This document shows, piece by piece, positions 62,402 through 64,000 of a DNA stretch of 64,000 nucleotides. The position numbers and the translations under genes are program-made. The number at the start of each line of letters is the position of its first letter. The first letter of the stretch is position 1. The notes beneath the pieces were generated by a model. The model had not been told where the DNA came from. It searched no databases and was given only the letters and a program-made list of their open reading frames with translations. Source of the stretch: Botryllus schlosseri (taxonomy: Eukaryota); contig CM119376.1 in NCBI GenBank assembly GCA_051294905.1, positions 13,640,001 through 13,704,000 on the forward strand, written 5' to 3'.

Positions 62402-63229
62402 ATGATGTCTCATCTTCCAATTCCTGGCAAAGGGAAATTTTATGATCTGCATATACCTTACGATGAAAATGAGAGACATATTGAATCGACGGTTGAGACT
62501 TTGAAAGATTTAGGATATTCCGTGTGCGCTTTCTCCAAGTACATTGAATCGAACTCGGGTAAAAAAGAAGGAAAAAAGAATAAACGACAGTTGCCAGAAG
62601 CTCCAACGAAAAGAGACTTTGACGGAATTGTGCAGCTGACCAGAGCTACTATTGAATTGAGTGAAATTGATGATCAGATCACAGTTCGAGACATTGCGAC
62701 TGGTGGGAAATTTGACATCATTGCAGTCGAACCCAAGACCGAGAAACTATTTTTATCGGCTTGCACACAGCTCGCTGTAGACATAATCAGCATCGATTGT
62801 ACTGAGAAACCATCTTTCTTTTTCCGTAAACATCAAGTGCACGCGGCAATAGCGAGAGGAATACACTTCGAATTCAATTATGCACCTATGATTCGCAATC
62901 CGATAATCAGAAGATATACAACCACAACTGCGATGCGTTTGCTGGAGTGCTGTCAATCGAAAAATATCATCTTATCCAGCAAGGCTTTGCAGCCGTTGGA
63001 GCTGCGTGGGCCTTTTGATGTTTCGAATTTGGGAATGTTGTTTTCGATGAGGGAGAGCTGCGTTCCGCATGTAGTGTCGCACAACTGTCGGTGCGTGGTA
63101 GTTCATAGTTTTGTAAGGAAAACCGCTAAGGGTGCTATATATGTTGAAAAACTAGAAAATACTGGGGAGGATGACGATTGTTTCGTTGAAAGTGCTGCAA
63201 AAAGACCGAAACTTGAAATAAGCACATAA
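62402..63229 (+). CDS. RPP30: Ribonuclease P/MRP protein subunit p30, 275 aa, single coding exon
   Basis: FYDLHI..LGYSVCAF...QLTRATI...FDIIAVEPKTEKLFLSAC..VDIISID...AIARGIHFEFNYAPMIR...KNIILSSKA..PLELRGPFDVSNLG; acceptors at 62377-62378 and 62400-62401. Confidence 0.95.
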   Translation: MMSHLPIPGKGKFYDLHIPYDENERHIESTVETLKDLGYSVCAFSKYIESNSGKKEGKKNKRQLPEAPTKRDFDGIVQLTRATIELSEIDDQITVRDIATGGKFDIIAVEPKTEKLFLSACTQLAVDIISIDCTEKPSFFFRKHQVHAAIARGIHFEFNYAPMIRNPIIRRYTTTTAMRLLECCQSKNIILSSKALQPLELRGPFDVSNLGMLFSMRESCVPHVVSHNCRCVVVHSFVRKTAKGAIYVEKLENTGEDDDCFVESAAKRPKLEIST

Positions 63230-64000
63230 ATTTGCTATGCATTTTCAATGTGCCTAAGCAATCATACTATACACTTTGTGGCGTTGTTTTGTATGGCGCT
63301 AGCATGCCTGCTGTTTTCTCGTACTGCCTTTATGCTTATAGTCCTGCTCTTTCATTTTATTTTTCAAATTTCCAATGGTCCAATTGTGTGTCTTGACTTT
63401 CCAGATAGGCGTGGACCTCTTGTGAGCTAGACCTGCATTCCTTCTTTGAATAAATGGAATGTTTTACGTATTCATTGAATCAGGCAAAAATAACAGTGCA
63501 ATTGAATTCGCAGAAAAGGTATCGAGAATCATCATGATATCAATTTCTTGTCTCATGATGTTTTCTGAATTGCGGTTCCATTATGAGTCAACCTTGTAAC
63601 CTGTTATATCCTGTTTCTTAGAGGCATACTTTTATGACATTGTGTGTATGGTTCGCAGCATGCCTCTGTTTCTTTATCATCAGTGCCACTCCTAAGAGGC
63701 TTATTGTTCTCTGTTGCAGCGTGATCAAGTCTTCCAAATCTTTCTTTAGGTTGGCTTGCTCCTATCGGACTACTAAAAGATGGTCATTAACATTCAAGTG
63801 GCCTACGCAATGGTTCTGAAATGTCGTGTGGCCCTTTGGCCAAAAAGTTTGACGGCCCCTGACATAGGCCATGTGGTCTAACAGCCCACTAATCTATTTG
63901 CGCAAAGCTCTTGTTCTGTGGCATCATCGAAAACAGCTTAGTTCAGGATAACAGGGGACCACATGCTTCGTGCGGATGGGAATTGTCAAATGTAGAAATC

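Overview
Eukaryotic nuclear DNA from an invertebrate chordate, most likely an ascidian. This is inferred from the PCNA sequence, which resembles Styela-type PCNA as I recall it, from GT-AG introns and from a MetaSINE-like repeat. Eight host genes are recognisable: the last exon of a purine nucleoside phosphorylase (PNP), a 7-exon KIAA0232 orthologue, RPP38, PPP4R3/SMEK (3 exons), and CDS-intronless PCNA, TOPBP1 (minus strand), TAF12 and RPP30. Introns and intergenic DNA are dense with hAT-type MITEs, many with exact 8-bp target-site duplications (TSDs). There are also four tRNA-derived SINEs, a 7.3-kb decayed CACTA-like element and a 13.3-kb multi-layer nested transposon island (47129-60449). 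Main highlights: (1) RPP38 and PPP4R3 overlap on the same strand. The PPP4R3 ATG lies inside the RPP38 CDS, a splice acceptor is embedded in RPP38 codons, and a polyA signal sits 13 nt into PPP4R3 intron 1, suggesting one locus switched between two mRNAs. (2) The PNP carries Asp at the specificity position (human N243) and Gly at H257, predicting altered, adenosine-type specificity. (3) PCNA, TOPBP1 and PP4R3 form a replication/checkpoint cluster with near-complete intron loss. All alignments were made by eye and human residue comparisons are from memory; no searches were run.
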